Part shown: one piece after another, positions 20,501 to 29,051 of the stretch
Layout of the letters: the number at the start of each line of letters is the position of its first letter
How positions within the stretch are numbered: position 1 is the stretch's first letter
Source of the DNA: Dehalococcoidia bacterium
GTDB lineage: Bacteria; Chloroflexota; Dehalococcoidia; Lucifugimonadales; UBA3495
Length of the DNA stretch: 64,000 nucleotides
NCBI GenBank assembly: GCA_965237775.1
Contig: OZ250155.1
Location: forward strand, 2,718,682 to 2,782,681
Direction of reading: 5' to 3'
Program-made: the position numbers and the translations under genes
The notes under the pieces: generated by a model
Seen by the model: only the letters and a program-made list of their open reading frames with translations
What the model was told of the DNA's origin: nothing
Database searches by the model: none

Positions 20501-23500
20501 TATCTGGGTGGGCCATCGACCAGACCCAGGGAACGCAGACGGTCCTCAGCTCCCAGGCCCACCAGTGGGCGGAGGTCGGGTTCTCAGACCTGGGGTGGGT
20601 GACTTTCGAACCGACCGCCGCTGGGGGCGCTCCGTCCCGAACATCTTCCCCGCTCGCCCCACTCACACCTCGTCCTGTTACCGTGCCGGAGGGACCCACT
20701 GCCCCCACGCTCGTCCCTGGCCCAGGGCCAGCCCAGCCCCCGGCCAAGCAAGGCACAGTGACCGAGATCATCGAATGGCCAGCACGCACCCGGAAGGGTG
20801 TCCCATTCACCATTGGCGGCTCCGTAATGTCCGAATCCGGCGCGCTGGTGGACGGAATGGGAATCGAAATCTTCGTCAACGTCAAAAAGGAAAACGGTGG
20901 CATCAAGGTAGGTTCCGGGGCCACGGTCCGCGGAAAGTTCCAAGTGCAACTCCGTATCCCACGGACGTTCACCGCGGGCAGCTACCAACTGATAGCCCAT
21001 GCGATAGCCAACGAGACCTACTCCGAGTCGTGGAGTGACCCGGAAATCGGCGTCTATTCCACCACTGGGCTTGAGTTCACCGGCCCCGCCGAGATCGCAG
21101 TTGATGTTCCGGCAAAGTTCAGCGGCAGACTGACCCAGGACGACGGAGAACCCGTCGATAATCGAGAGGTGCAAGTCCAAGTTGATGGCCGGACTCTGGA
21201 ATTGGTTTCCACAGACGAAAATGGCATGTTCGAGTTTGCCAACACATTCGAATCAGCGGGAGAACGCACCGTCGAGGTCGAGTTTGAAGAGCAGGATTTC
21301 ATGCTGGGGGTCTCCGCCTCCCTTGCCGTCTCCGTAACGATGCCCACGGCGTTGGTTTTGGATGTACCAGGAGCAATCGGCATGGACCAGGAATTTAGTA
21401 TAAGTGGCGCGCTCCGGGACATTCGAGGCAACTCCCTGGCCAACCACACGGTACTGCTGTCATTGAACAGCGACGCCAAAGACCCTATCGAGACCGATGC
21501 CGAGGGGGAATTCCGAATTGGGCTGTCTGTTGACCGTCCCGGTGTCCACACGATTGACGCCGTATTCGTTGGTTTAGGGAATTTCGAGCCCAGCGAGAGC
21601 ACCCTGACATTCGTGGTCACGGAACCAGTCTCGCTTCAAATCAGCGGAGAAGGTCCGGCGCGGGTCGGTGAAGAGTACGTAGTCAACGGCTCCCTGGCAG
21701 ACAGCCGGGGCAATCCAATGGTTCATCGGACGGTTGCCATTTCCACAAACAGCCTGCCCGACACCACAGTCCAGACGGACGCTCAGGGCCAACTGCGCTT
21801 AACCCGAACTTTCGACCGACGCGGCATTTACCCCACTGAAGCGAGATTTGCCAGCGACGGCTTCCTGCAGTCCGCGACCAGCAGCATCACAGTCAAGGTC
21901 ACAGAGCCAGTCTCCTTGCGCCTTACGGGCGGCGGGGACGCACATGTGGGGAAAGACCTCCTAATCGACGGAGCCCTCCGGGACGCCGGTGGAAATCCCC
22001 TGGCCCAGCAGACAGTCACCGTCTTCCTAAATGATCAAGTCCTCGCTCCCGTCGAGAGCGACGCCCAGGGCGCGTTCCATTTCCGAATCGACTCCGTTCG
22101 GCCCGGCATTCACACTGTCCAAGCCATTTTCCAAGGAGGCGGCCTGCTTGAGCCTGCCTCCTCCCAACTATCGTTCAAGGCGACGGAACCAGTCTTCATG
22201 CGAGTCAACGGAGACGACCTGGCCCGGATAGCTGCCCCCTATCATCTGACCGGCGTCCTAATCGGACCGGGTGGCAGTCCACTGCCAGCCATGCCTCTCA
22301 CCATCGAAGCCCAAAGACATCCACAATCTGCGTTGGAAACCGACGCGGGGGGCCGTTTCTCGTGGGAGACCACCTTCATCGAGGAGACCCGGACCACGAT
22401 CAGGATCGCATTTCCAGGAAACGCCGAACTGGCGCCCACGGTGGTCCACTGGCCCGTGTATATAGGTGTGCCGGAGATTGTCGTTGAACCCCTGGAACCG
22501 GTAGCTCGCGGAGACTCTCTTACATTGCGAGGAGTAGTGGCCGTAGGGCTACAAATAGCGAAGGACATACCCATAACCATCGACGGGGAGGATGCAGCCC
22601 GTTCCAACGCCGCCGGGACTTTCGTAATGCGCCACCCCGTCCCCGTGGACCACCCCCTTGGGCCGATGAAACTTGAGATAGCCGCACCGGAGTTGGAAAC
22701 CACGGTAACGTTGGAGATTGTGGTCAAGTCCGCCACCAGCATCATCGTTACGCCGGCGGAACCGGTCCGGCCGGGTCACATCCTGCCGATTGAAGCAACG
22801 TTGCTGGACGACCGGGGATTGGGCATTCCCAATGCGCGGGTGCACCATGGTCAAGCGGCGCCAGTCACCATGGGGCCCCACGGCGTAGCCATTTTCATGG
22901 TCCAGACTCCAGCGGAAGAAGGTCTGAAGGCGGTGCCCTTGACTTTTAGGTTTGAAGGGGACGATTTCAACCTCCCTCTAACATACTTCGTTGGCTTGCC
23001 TGTTACTCCGGCCCCGTTCAACTGGCTGCTTTGGGTCGCGCTTCCGGCGCTGGTCGTGGCCGGCACTGCCGGTGGCTTTCTCGGAGGCAGGTGGAGACGG
23101 AAAATACCGCTCCCGACCGAGCAGAGCGCCAGAGTTATGCGGCCAATTCCGGGCCCGGTCTCCCCAGACCCGGAGCACACTCTAATAACTGCGGAACTCT
23201 TAGGGCCAGTTCGCACGATGCTTGAAGTCCACTTCCCTGACCCGGTTTCGGACCGGGACCCCGTTTGGAAGACCGGTGAACCGGCGGTGATCGTCTGTGC
23301 CCTGTTCGATGAGAAGGGTCTCCCCCTCGTCCGGGCCCCAATAGACATCACCTGGCCGGACTCGGAGTCACCCATTCGCCTGACTACGGATGAGCGGGGA
23401 GTGTGCGAGTCTTCGTGGACTGGCTATTCAACGGGTGACTACCATGTAAGAACCGAATTCCCCGGGAACGAAGATTACTTGGCGGCCTACGCGGTCCGGG

Positions 23501-24390
23501 AGTTTCGCCTGTATGCCCCAATACGGACACAGCTCGAAATGCGCTTCCCCGACGCCGATTCCGCCACAGACCCGGTGTGGAAGACTGGCGAGCAGGTCCT
23601 GGTCGTATGCACCCTGATCGACGAGGCGGGGGTTCCCCTTTCCGGGATGCCAGTGGACATCACATGGCCGGACTCAGAATTATCCGAGCCGCTGGCGACT
23701 GACCGGGAGGGAAAGCGCGAGGCCTCCTGGTCCGGCGATTCAAGGGGGGACTATCAGGTCAGAGCCGAATCCCACGGAAACGACCTCTATTTGCCCGCCT
23801 CCGCGGTCCGGGAATTCCGCCTTCACGCACCAATCCCGACACACATAGAGATCAGCTTCGACAAATCGGCGGACGACCTGCCGGACATCTGGGGTGTTGG
23901 CGAAGAACTGATGATGGTGTTCACCTTACTGGACGAATCAGGTGAAGCGGTTATCGGCAGGGAGGTTGAAGCGATCATCGGGAATGATCACGCAATCCGG
24001 GTTGTGACCGGCAGCCAGGGAACCTGCAACGCCACGTGGACTGTGGAAGGTCCCGGCGCGTACACGGTGACCGCGGAATTTCAGGGAGATGAAAACTATC
24101 TACCGTCTTCGGCTCATAGGGAGTTCGAAGTCGTTCGCTTCCGGGAGGACGTGGTCCAGCGTTACAACGCCTTCCTGGATTGGGTGCGCGCGAGAGTACC
24201 TAATGTGTCGACTCAGGCGACCCCACGGGAGATGGAGGCGTTGGTCGTCGCCAGCGGCCTGTTCCTGGACCAACGCTCGCTGGAAATCCTAATTTCCAGG
24301 TTTGAAGAGGCGGACTACAGCGAGCATGACATCGGACGCCGCCAGTTCGAGGCGATGTACCGGGCCTGGCGGAATATTGTCGGAGACTGA
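14599..24390 (+). CDS. Giant membrane protein with 4 transglutaminase-like cores, HEAT repeats, Ig-like arrays and a DUF4129-like C-terminus
   Basis: Single ORF (track 14479..24390). The preferred start at 14599 gives MVGLLKRSAPRLGLLLALALAL, a signal-anchor-like N-terminus. There are four copies of GTCGQFSSAF...ARVVSGW...DQAHQWAEV...GWVTFEPT, the Cys-His-Asp transglutaminase core pattern. PBS-lyase/HEAT-like VRxAAAxALGxLGD repeats sit between the cores. A late TM helix is FNWLLWVALPALVVAGTAGGFLGG. The C-terminal ...ADYSEHDIGRRQFEAMYRAW is DUF4129-like. Confidence 0.85.
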   Translation: MVGLLKRSAPRLGLLLALALALGGLFFLFDLFRGLISSGPSDILAVNNSVGETSHIPSGAGLVAVLAPAMCFVLSGVTALLMWRWLTSRENKRLWIIVLGGLPAFTLLGLGVYLAVFGPTIGGLFYGEVPYDQHPVEVAGVKPLGLALLAAFLLSVVFVAITRPLLLPIPLVLWLVAALFTGMFQSNAIYGLDLFTHPSRLEPTAAYANAVERYRPVEIKQPTIETRVIETPAIAAAAYAYAVERYRRVENQQPAIEQTVEATKLIPGPPDPVETALGTAGIDGLPALEKLQFLVDALWDVNKDVRQEAVATLEALDADVIPLETGGFIVSSDEFDFWAPGATAFRSPKPDAIKVFEVTGADHTGYLRTGVGDSYADGRWRQIDSRSIPYEAGTQPRGLVIEWLLGISEPGVSLSGLTIAPNYWSPLLAWPARDGIGRLRQDDVTVSSIGPGKTIPAGVLPVSLGVQQANFDGGYLPWNATFESESALTGYQWTSRVPQFSDEELQRAALAPGTSYLGLPPGLPNRITQLALEITSVEESSYLKAKAIEEYLRNNYTYAFAEPNDGGSPPGQDPVDWFLFDERIGTCGQFSSAFVVLARSVGIPARVVSGWVVGEVGATQTVYSDQAHQWAEVLFEDRGWVIFEPSADGAAPFRAPVLSVWEDEFQRLVEVLLSGDEEEDRAEAAFRLLEIASILDLPTGRVLEPLVEALIADDSEMVQAAAVDALGLLGDARAIGPLIDRLANDEQPTVREAVANSLANFEGREVLEALVEALADEDERVRSAVAQALGDLGDPAASLPLLHALSDDYPRVRESAAAGLRKLGTDVTGLENGKFVISPESRPITVFGGGASTSQASKGERFSVFKVGGALHTGYLRDGVGDLYEDGRWVQVDLLDLPYDANESIADLGVSSERLRGHSRGQFNPPRWVPERIRPAEDYEDEITVSPVYTGPSDLGIPEGVIPTSQQLERVAVPGVYRPYSSTFVADDPAPGLTWISRIPIFSEAQLTQAKPAEASGYLQLPDDLPPRIRELALEFKRDYDNPYLRARAIENYLKTDYSYAYSQPGGPRLPAGQDPVDWFLFESKEGTCGQFSSAFVLLARSAGIPARVVTGWAIGDVEASQAVYSDQAHQWAEVPFQNLGWVTFEPTASGSARSRAPEHQVWKDELNRLAGLLADSPEANVRAEAAGELARLSEKADLYTSKLTEPLVSSMRDDSSALVRAAAADALGEIGDRDSIPALHDAITDEESGVREAVGEALELFGATSIPLESGASVLLLSDAKLRFNSGTSTGQATKPPHIPVMQVTGAWRTKYLRTGVGDVYENGSWSSLDPVVLPYRQDADINLLEQSLAGSSGVRHRPPRPSSKFVDKGQFLEPRISVSPAGPAPFFQPGSLPISLFPHSVGVNGDYRPFSSTFSSQEIQVSYSWVSRVPILKEGHLVQAKPFYFPGSTNLPDSLPDRIHQLSVEITRRHEGPYQKAKAIETFLKTHYTYAFANSNEDRVTEGRDPVDWFLFDHRKGTCGQFSSAFVILARSVGIPARVASGWAIDDDRGTQTVYTDQAHQWAEVALDGLGWVTFEPTASGGAPARTPGSGEAQGNRPDPSTGETQPPNGNANGQFGGAETESLLDAMAAHDPDAAALAKASLGGLGGEDSGVLELAAKLLSSDIESVRNTAEEALDSLGAKVTPLETGGSVISMEGQSYGSPGTSTGQAAEPDPVPVFQVTGAANTSYLRTSTGEFYANGRWTQLDPFELAYGGLKDVRRLVHEGLSTWSKDINASPVRPETALLAWPNEVPAGKYHQSDLTVSSHPQAGDFPPGVLPISYHLDRAEPDGSYRPFSATFRGISPQSEYSWRSRVPLFSQDQLARAKTIDDPAYMQLPDNLPRFIRGLAEEITWGLPGPYAKAKAIETYLSTNYTYAFASPGDRPAPPGRDPVDWFLNETGKGTCGQFSSAFVLMARSVGIPARVVSGWAIDQTQGTQTVLSSQAHQWAEVGFSDLGWVTFEPTAAGGAPSRTSSPLAPLTPRPVTVPEGPTAPTLVPGPGPAQPPAKQGTVTEIIEWPARTRKGVPFTIGGSVMSESGALVDGMGIEIFVNVKKENGGIKVGSGATVRGKFQVQLRIPRTFTAGSYQLIAHAIANETYSESWSDPEIGVYSTTGLEFTGPAEIAVDVPAKFSGRLTQDDGEPVDNREVQVQVDGRTLELVSTDENGMFEFANTFESAGERTVEVEFEEQDFMLGVSASLAVSVTMPTALVLDVPGAIGMDQEFSISGALRDIRGNSLANHTVLLSLNSDAKDPIETDAEGEFRIGLSVDRPGVHTIDAVFVGLGNFEPSESTLTFVVTEPVSLQISGEGPARVGEEYVVNGSLADSRGNPMVHRTVAISTNSLPDTTVQTDAQGQLRLTRTFDRRGIYPTEARFASDGFLQSATSSITVKVTEPVSLRLTGGGDAHVGKDLLIDGALRDAGGNPLAQQTVTVFLNDQVLAPVESDAQGAFHFRIDSVRPGIHTVQAIFQGGGLLEPASSQLSFKATEPVFMRVNGDDLARIAAPYHLTGVLIGPGGSPLPAMPLTIEAQRHPQSALETDAGGRFSWETTFIEETRTTIRIAFPGNAELAPTVVHWPVYIGVPEIVVEPLEPVARGDSLTLRGVVAVGLQIAKDIPITIDGEDAARSNAAGTFVMRHPVPVDHPLGPMKLEIAAPELETTVTLEIVVKSATSIIVTPAEPVRPGHILPIEATLLDDRGLGIPNARVHHGQAAPVTMGPHGVAIFMVQTPAEEGLKAVPLTFRFEGDDFNLPLTYFVGLPVTPAPFNWLLWVALPALVVAGTAGGFLGGRWRRKIPLPTEQSARVMRPIPGPVSPDPEHTLITAELLGPVRTMLEVHFPDPVSDRDPVWKTGEPAVIVCALFDEKGLPLVRAPIDITWPDSESPIRLTTDERGVCESSWTGYSTGDYHVRTEFPGNEDYLAAYAVREFRLYAPIRTQLEMRFPDADSATDPVWKTGEQVLVVCTLIDEAGVPLSGMPVDITWPDSELSEPLATDREGKREASWSGDSRGDYQVRAESHGNDLYLPASAVREFRLHAPIPTHIEISFDKSADDLPDIWGVGEELMMVFTLLDESGEAVIGREVEAIIGNDHAIRVVTGSQGTCNATWTVEGPGAYTVTAEFQGDENYLPSSAHREFEVVRFREDVVQRYNAFLDWVRARVPNVSTQATPREMEALVVASGLFLDQRSLEILISRFEEADYSEHDIGRRQFEAMYRAWRNIVGD
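15650..20630 (+). repeat. Four tandem coding modules (beta-rich domain + transglutaminase core + HEAT linker) inside the giant gene
   Basis: The catalytic Cys codons (TGC in GTCGQF) lie at 16357, 17863, 19159 and 20437, all in frame 1. Spacing is 1506, 1296 and 1278 nt. Module boundaries are approximate. Confidence 0.85.
20760..22990 (+). repeat. Array of ~8 Ig-like/carboxypeptidase-regulatory-like coding repeats (~280-290 nt period)
   Basis: Recurrent units look like VTEPVSLxxxGxGxAxVGxxxxxxGxLxDxxGNPLxxxTVxxxxN....xTDAxGxFxxxxxxxxxGxHTxxAxF. Clear consecutive units start near 21340, 21618, 21900 and 22180. Confidence 0.7.
23221..24135 (+). repeat. Three ~312-nt coding repeats after the late TM helix of the giant gene
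   Basis: Units start at 23221, 23533 and 23845. Each has the form LExxFPDxxSxxDPVWKTGE...ITWPDSE...GDYxVRxExxGNxxYLxxxAVREFRL. Confidence 0.8.
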
Positions 24391-24397
24391 CTCTCCT

Positions 24398-26727
24398 ATG
24401 GTGACCAGGTTACCGTTACGGCCCGCATTGTTCGAAACCGCGTTGGCCATTGCCGCGGCTGTCCTGCTATGGGGTCCTGAACTCTTCTCTCTCCCTCCGG
24501 CGGCTCTCCAATCGGAACTCATGCTATGGGCGGTAGCGGCCGCGGCTGGACTGGCCTTCTTCGTGGACTTCACGCTTTGGGCCCAGGGCGGTTCCAGGCT
24601 GCGGCTGTTGCTGAAGCTGCCCGTTGAATTCAAGCGATGGCTCCTGCTGCCCCTGCTTATCACACGGAGGCTGCTCCGAGACTGCGCTTGTCTCCTGGTG
24701 ATTCTGGGGCTGCTGTCGGTTGCCGCGGCAAACAGGTCCGACCCCAGGCTTTTCAACGACTTGGTTCTCGGCGCTGGCGGCGCACTGGCTCTCCAGGTGG
24801 TAGTCCGGGCGGCCTCCGTCCCCTTTTTCGTGGCCAGTGAAATCTTACGATTCCCTCTGTTTAGACTCGTTGCCTTGGCCGGCGCGTACTACCTCATCAA
24901 CCAGCCGTGGCCCACAAAGTATGGGTTCCCAGACTCGCCATTGCTGCCTGCTTTGCTTTTGGCTGTGGGACTGAGCTATTTCGGTTCCATCCTGCGGAAC
25001 ATTGCCTCGACATCTCACCGATGGACGGCCGAAGAACGGGTTTGGCCGGGAGCGGCAGCGGGATACTTGAGGCTGACCGCCGGGGTCCTAGGAGCGGCAG
25101 CCCTGGGTACGGTGCTCTGGAGTTGCCTGTCAGCCCTGCCAAACGTGAGCGCTTCGCTGCTTGGCCAATGGCCCTACGACCTGGTTGGGACAAGAACTCA
25201 ACCTCCATTCGGCTTGGTATACGAAGCCAGGTATTTGATAGCGGGATTTTGCCTGCTACTGGTCTTCAGCACGAGGCTACCCACCACCATGGGTCCACTA
25301 GATACCGTGAATTACATGCCACTGCTCAAAGCCACTGGTCTAGGGCTCGCCGGCTGCGTGTCGTGGTTGCTGGGGGCGGACCTGGCGCCTTTGGGTGCCT
25401 GCTACTGGTCTTCAGCACGAGGCTACCCACCACCATGGGTCCACTAGATACCGTGGCCACTGGTCTAGGGCTCGCCGGCTGCGTGTCGTGGTTGCTGGGG
25501 GCGGACCTGGCGCCTTTGGGTCATGGCTATGTTCTGCTGGGCGCCATAGTAGGGACGGGGTTGTTTTTCCTTGCTATCTCACGGCTGGCACGCTATTTTT
25601 CAGACTCGCCGAACCCGCTGTTGGGAGACGCCTCCCGCTGGTTGGCCAAGTCCTCCCTCAGGGCCATCCTCCTGGGGACGTTCCTGGCCACGTACGGCCT
25701 CCTTTTGCGCCCCCTCTTTTACGATGTGCTCTGGTTCGCTCCCATTTTCGAATGGTTGGTGGTACTCACATTTGCCTTAGTAGCAATAATGTGGAGCAGG
25801 GCCCGCATCAGGAGAGGCGTTGGCGCCGGCCCCGCTCCTCGCGCGGACTGGACCGAATGGTCGCGGCACGTGCAGACCACCGAAGAAAAGCGGGACCCGC
25901 ACCTTGACGGCCTGATCGCTTATCAACGGCATTTCGTCGAAACTGGTGAATGGCGGCGGATGTGGACCTATATTCTGGGACTTATGCTTCGAAACCAGGT
26001 CTCTATGCAACGCATCCCACCTGTTTTCGAGCCCTTGAGAAGCTGCTGCCTTGCTTCCACCAGGACAGATCTCTGGCCCAGAAGAGCCAGGAGGCTCAGG
26101 AACAGGCGGGAAAAGGCACTCTCGGACACCATTGGTCTGGCGGATGTAGCGCTGTCTTGTCCCAAATTCGAGACGGAAGAACTGGATGAACTCCGGTTAT
26201 GGGCGATAGCGGAGCCCTTTGTGGAATTGGGGGCAGGTCCCACAGAACTGGCCGTGGCACTGTCCAACGCGTATTGGCAGCGTGGAGCGGACCTCAACCA
26301 GGCGATCGATTTGTGGTTCCCCCTTATGACCCTCGAAGACCGTCCCAGGACAAGACTCCTGAGACGCCTGGTGACACTGATATCCCGGTTGCTCAGACGT
26401 GTGCGAAAGGACAGAACGTGGGACAGGGAGCGGCGCATGGTCATCGTCCACGGCGCGGCGTCACACCTCTTCGGCGAGGAGACCATCGACATTCTCACGG
26501 TGGCAATTCTGGACGAGGAGGTTCGAATTGACGACTACTTCTCGCCCTTCTATCCGTGGCGATTATTGCCGGGCGAACCGGTAGAGGTGTGGGAGAATGC
26601 CCGAGGCCTGCCCTGGTTGCGGCACGGCGATGAATTACGCTTCTACGCCGCGTCGACAGACATAAAACGGCGGCCGGTGCTGCCAAAAGACTGCGCTGTA
26701 GCCGAACGGGGACTGATTACCGCATGA
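24398..26727 (+). pseudogene. Polytopic membrane protein with C-terminal soluble domain, reading frame broken by a tandem duplication (or assembly artefact)
   Basis: Frame 2 (24398..25447) carries TM-rich sequence and terminates inside repeat copy 2. Frame 1 resumes sensible sequence exactly at copy 2 and runs to 26727. Removing either repeat copy (146 or 125 nt, both 2 mod 3) gives one ORF of 728 or 735 codons. Confidence 0.65.
25250..25520 (+). repeat. Direct tandem duplication, copy 1 = 146 bp (25250-25395), copy 2 = 125 bp (25396-25520)
   Basis: TGCCTGCTACTGGTCTTCAGCACGAGGCTACCCACCACCATGGGTCCACTAGATACCGTG and GCCACTGGTCTAGGGCTCGCCGGCTGCGTGTCGTGGTTGCTGGGGGCGGACCTGGCGCCTTTGGG occur twice. 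Copy 1 has an extra 21 nt (AATTACATGCCACTGCTCAAA) between them. Confidence 0.95.
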
Positions 26728-27713
26728 GAGAATTCGATATCGAGGAAGCAGGCCGGGTCTGCGATACTATCATCGACCGGGTATCCGAGGTCTTCGTCGG
26801 AAACAGGCTGCTGCTAAGGAAGCTGCTCGCGGCGGCGCTGGCCAACGGGCACGTCTTGTTTGAGGACTATCCCGGCTTGGGAAAGACTCTCCTGGCCAAG
26901 GTTTTCACCAGGGCGATCGGCAGCGAGACCAAACGGGTGCAGTTCACACCCGATCTCCTTCCCGCCGACATACTGGGCACCAACGTTTGGCGGCAAAACG
27001 AAGGGAATTTCCAGCTTGTCAGGGGTCCAGTATTCACCAACGTTCTCTTGGCTGATGAGATTAACCGGGCCCCTCCCAAGACTCAGGCGGCGCTTCTGGA
27101 GGCCATGGAAGAACGCCAGGTCACCATAGACGGACAGACCATGCCGCTCGCCCCACCCTTCCTGGTCATCGCCACCCAGAACCCAATAGAGCAAGAGGGA
27201 ACTTACCCCTTGCCCGAGGCCCAAATGGACCGTTTTCTGTTCCGGCTGGCAACCGGATATCCCGCCAACCGGGAACAGGAAAACGACATCCTGACGCGGC
27301 GTATTAAGTGGCAGAAGGACGATCCTACCGCGGACCTGGAGCCAGCGGTGGACGTTGAAAGCTTCCTGGAGTTGCAGCGCAGTGTCGAGCTAAACATCTA
27401 CGTAGACCAGGTGATGGTGGACTACATTACCCAGTTGGTGCGCTTGACTCGGGCACATCCCCGGATCGCCGTGGGTGTTAGTCCCAGGGGCGGTCTGGCC
27501 CTGCTAAAGGTATCGCGCAGCATGGCGCTCATCCACGGCAGGGACTTCGTGGTCCCGGACGACGTGAAGATGGTTGCCCCTGATGTCCTGGCGCACCGGA
27601 TAATTCTCAATATCGAAGACACCCTTGAGGGTGTCAGACCAGAAGAAGTGATCGACGAGATAGTGGGTCAGGTCCCGGTCCCTACCGAGCTGGGGCGCAG
27701 AGCCACCGGCTGA
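26724..27713 (+). CDS. MoxR-family AAA+ ATPase
   Basis: YPGLGKT Walker A and LLADEINRAPPKTQAALLEAMEERQVT, the hallmark MoxR segment. The ATG overlaps the upstream stop (ATGA). Confidence 0.9.
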   Translation: MREFDIEEAGRVCDTIIDRVSEVFVGNRLLLRKLLAAALANGHVLFEDYPGLGKTLLAKVFTRAIGSETKRVQFTPDLLPADILGTNVWRQNEGNFQLVRGPVFTNVLLADEINRAPPKTQAALLEAMEERQVTIDGQTMPLAPPFLVIATQNPIEQEGTYPLPEAQMDRFLFRLATGYPANREQENDILTRRIKWQKDDPTADLEPAVDVESFLELQRSVELNIYVDQVMVDYITQLVRLTRAHPRIAVGVSPRGGLALLKVSRSMALIHGRDFVVPDDVKMVAPDVLAHRIILNIEDTLEGVRPEEVIDEIVGQVPVPTELGRRATG

Positions 27714-29047
27714 TGTTCTCCGCAGTTCCCACGCGGTGGCTCAGCCTGGCGTTCCTGTTCTTGGTCGCCGGCCTTGCTCTAGGCAACCTGGTCCTGTTGG
27801 CGGCAGCGGTCTTTCTATTGCTGTACGTGTTAATGGGAGCGGGCTTGTCGGCTCCTTCCAGCGTATCGATTCAGCGAACCATGCCCCGCGTGGTCTGTTG
27901 GGCAGGCGATGGGCTGGAAATACAGCGCCGTATCGATTCAGGCTCGGGAATCGGGCTGCTCTTCATCCACGACGAACTGCCGCCCGAGGTCGAAGTGGTC
28001 AGAGGCAACAACTTTCGCCTCGTCTGGAAATGGCCTGGAGAAAAGAGCCATGACCTATCCTACCGGATCGTTTGTCCAAAAAGGGGCGTGTTCCCACTGG
28101 CGGAGACGACGTGGGACTCGGAAGCGCCGTTGGGGTTGCCGCGTCTGAATCACGGGACGGCGGGGCCGGCGATCGAGGTCTCGGTCGTTCCCAGGATACA
28201 GGCAATCAGGAGGGTCAACGCGGTCAGGGGGAGGGCCCACGACCGAATTCCCATGGAAGACGTAGCGGTAACCGGGGCGTCCACCACGGACTTCACCGAG
28301 TTGCGGCCATACACCTTGGGAGACCCAATTCGGGCGATCAACTGGAAGGCCAGCGCGCGCAGTTCCGGCAGTTCTAACCCGCTCCTTGTAAACAGGTATG
28401 AACCCGAGGGGAGAAAAGCCGTCTGGATTTTCCTGGACGGCGCAGACTACATGGATGTGGGTCCCGTGCTTTCTTCCCTCATAGACCACGCTGTGGAAGC
28501 GGCTGGAAGCATCGCCCAATACTACCTTTCCAGGGGTTATACCCTCGGCGCCTACGTGTACAACAGTCCCGGAGATATCCTCACTCCGGAAATGGGCCAA
28601 AAGCAATTCCGCCGGTTGATCGATATGCTGACCAACATCAAACCAGGGCCGCCCACACTGGACCTTCTACAGGCCGTGGAATGGTGCAAGAGCTTCCTCT
28701 TTCGATTACAACCCGAGGTATTCACGATTACCAGGCTGGACGTGCACTACCCCGGACGAGCCGGGAGTGGCCCCTCCCTGGACGGGTTTAACGCGGGTAT
28801 CAAGCGGCTGGTCTCGCTGCGCCCTCACTCCAGGCGGCTTAACCGGGTCCGCGTGGTACACCTGGAACCGCAGGGCTATCACCGGGCGGCAACCGAGCTG
28901 GAAATACAGGCCCAAGGCTTGATTCGGTGGGAGGTCCAACCCATTTACGCTTCCCTCCGCAGGGCTGGAGCTTCGGTGTTGCCCTGGGACCCAGGGCGTG
29001 AAAACTTCACCACTACCCTGATTCGGCACCTCAATACCCAACGGTGA
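27713..29047 (+). CDS. DUF58 domain protein (MoxR partner)
   Basis: TDFTELRPYTLGDPIRAINWKASARS is the canonical DUF58 motif. There are two N-terminal TM helices, and the start overlaps the moxR stop by 1 nt. Confidence 0.8.
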   Translation: MFSAVPTRWLSLAFLFLVAGLALGNLVLLAAAVFLLLYVLMGAGLSAPSSVSIQRTMPRVVCWAGDGLEIQRRIDSGSGIGLLFIHDELPPEVEVVRGNNFRLVWKWPGEKSHDLSYRIVCPKRGVFPLAETTWDSEAPLGLPRLNHGTAGPAIEVSVVPRIQAIRRVNAVRGRAHDRIPMEDVAVTGASTTDFTELRPYTLGDPIRAINWKASARSSGSSNPLLVNRYEPEGRKAVWIFLDGADYMDVGPVLSSLIDHAVEAAGSIAQYYLSRGYTLGAYVYNSPGDILTPEMGQKQFRRLIDMLTNIKPGPPTLDLLQAVEWCKSFLFRLQPEVFTITRLDVHYPGRAGSGPSLDGFNAGIKRLVSLRPHSRRLNRVRVVHLEPQGYHRAATELEIQAQGLIRWEVQPIYASLRRAGASVLPWDPGRENFTTTLIRHLNTQR

Positions 29048-29051
29048 CCTG

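Noticed and set aside
15650-24135. Regularly spaced repeats that might at first glance suggest a repeat-spacer array.
   Set aside because: All repeats are in-frame coding modules (1.3-1.5 kb, ~285 nt and ~312 nt periods) of one continuous ORF, with diverged rather than identical units. This is not a CRISPR array.
24907-25395. N-terminal 163 codons of the track ORF 24907..26727.
   Set aside because: Upstream of repeat copy 2 this frame gives featureless sequence, while the overlapping frame-2 ORF gives TM helices. Only the part from 25396 onward is genuine coding sequence, displaced by the duplication.
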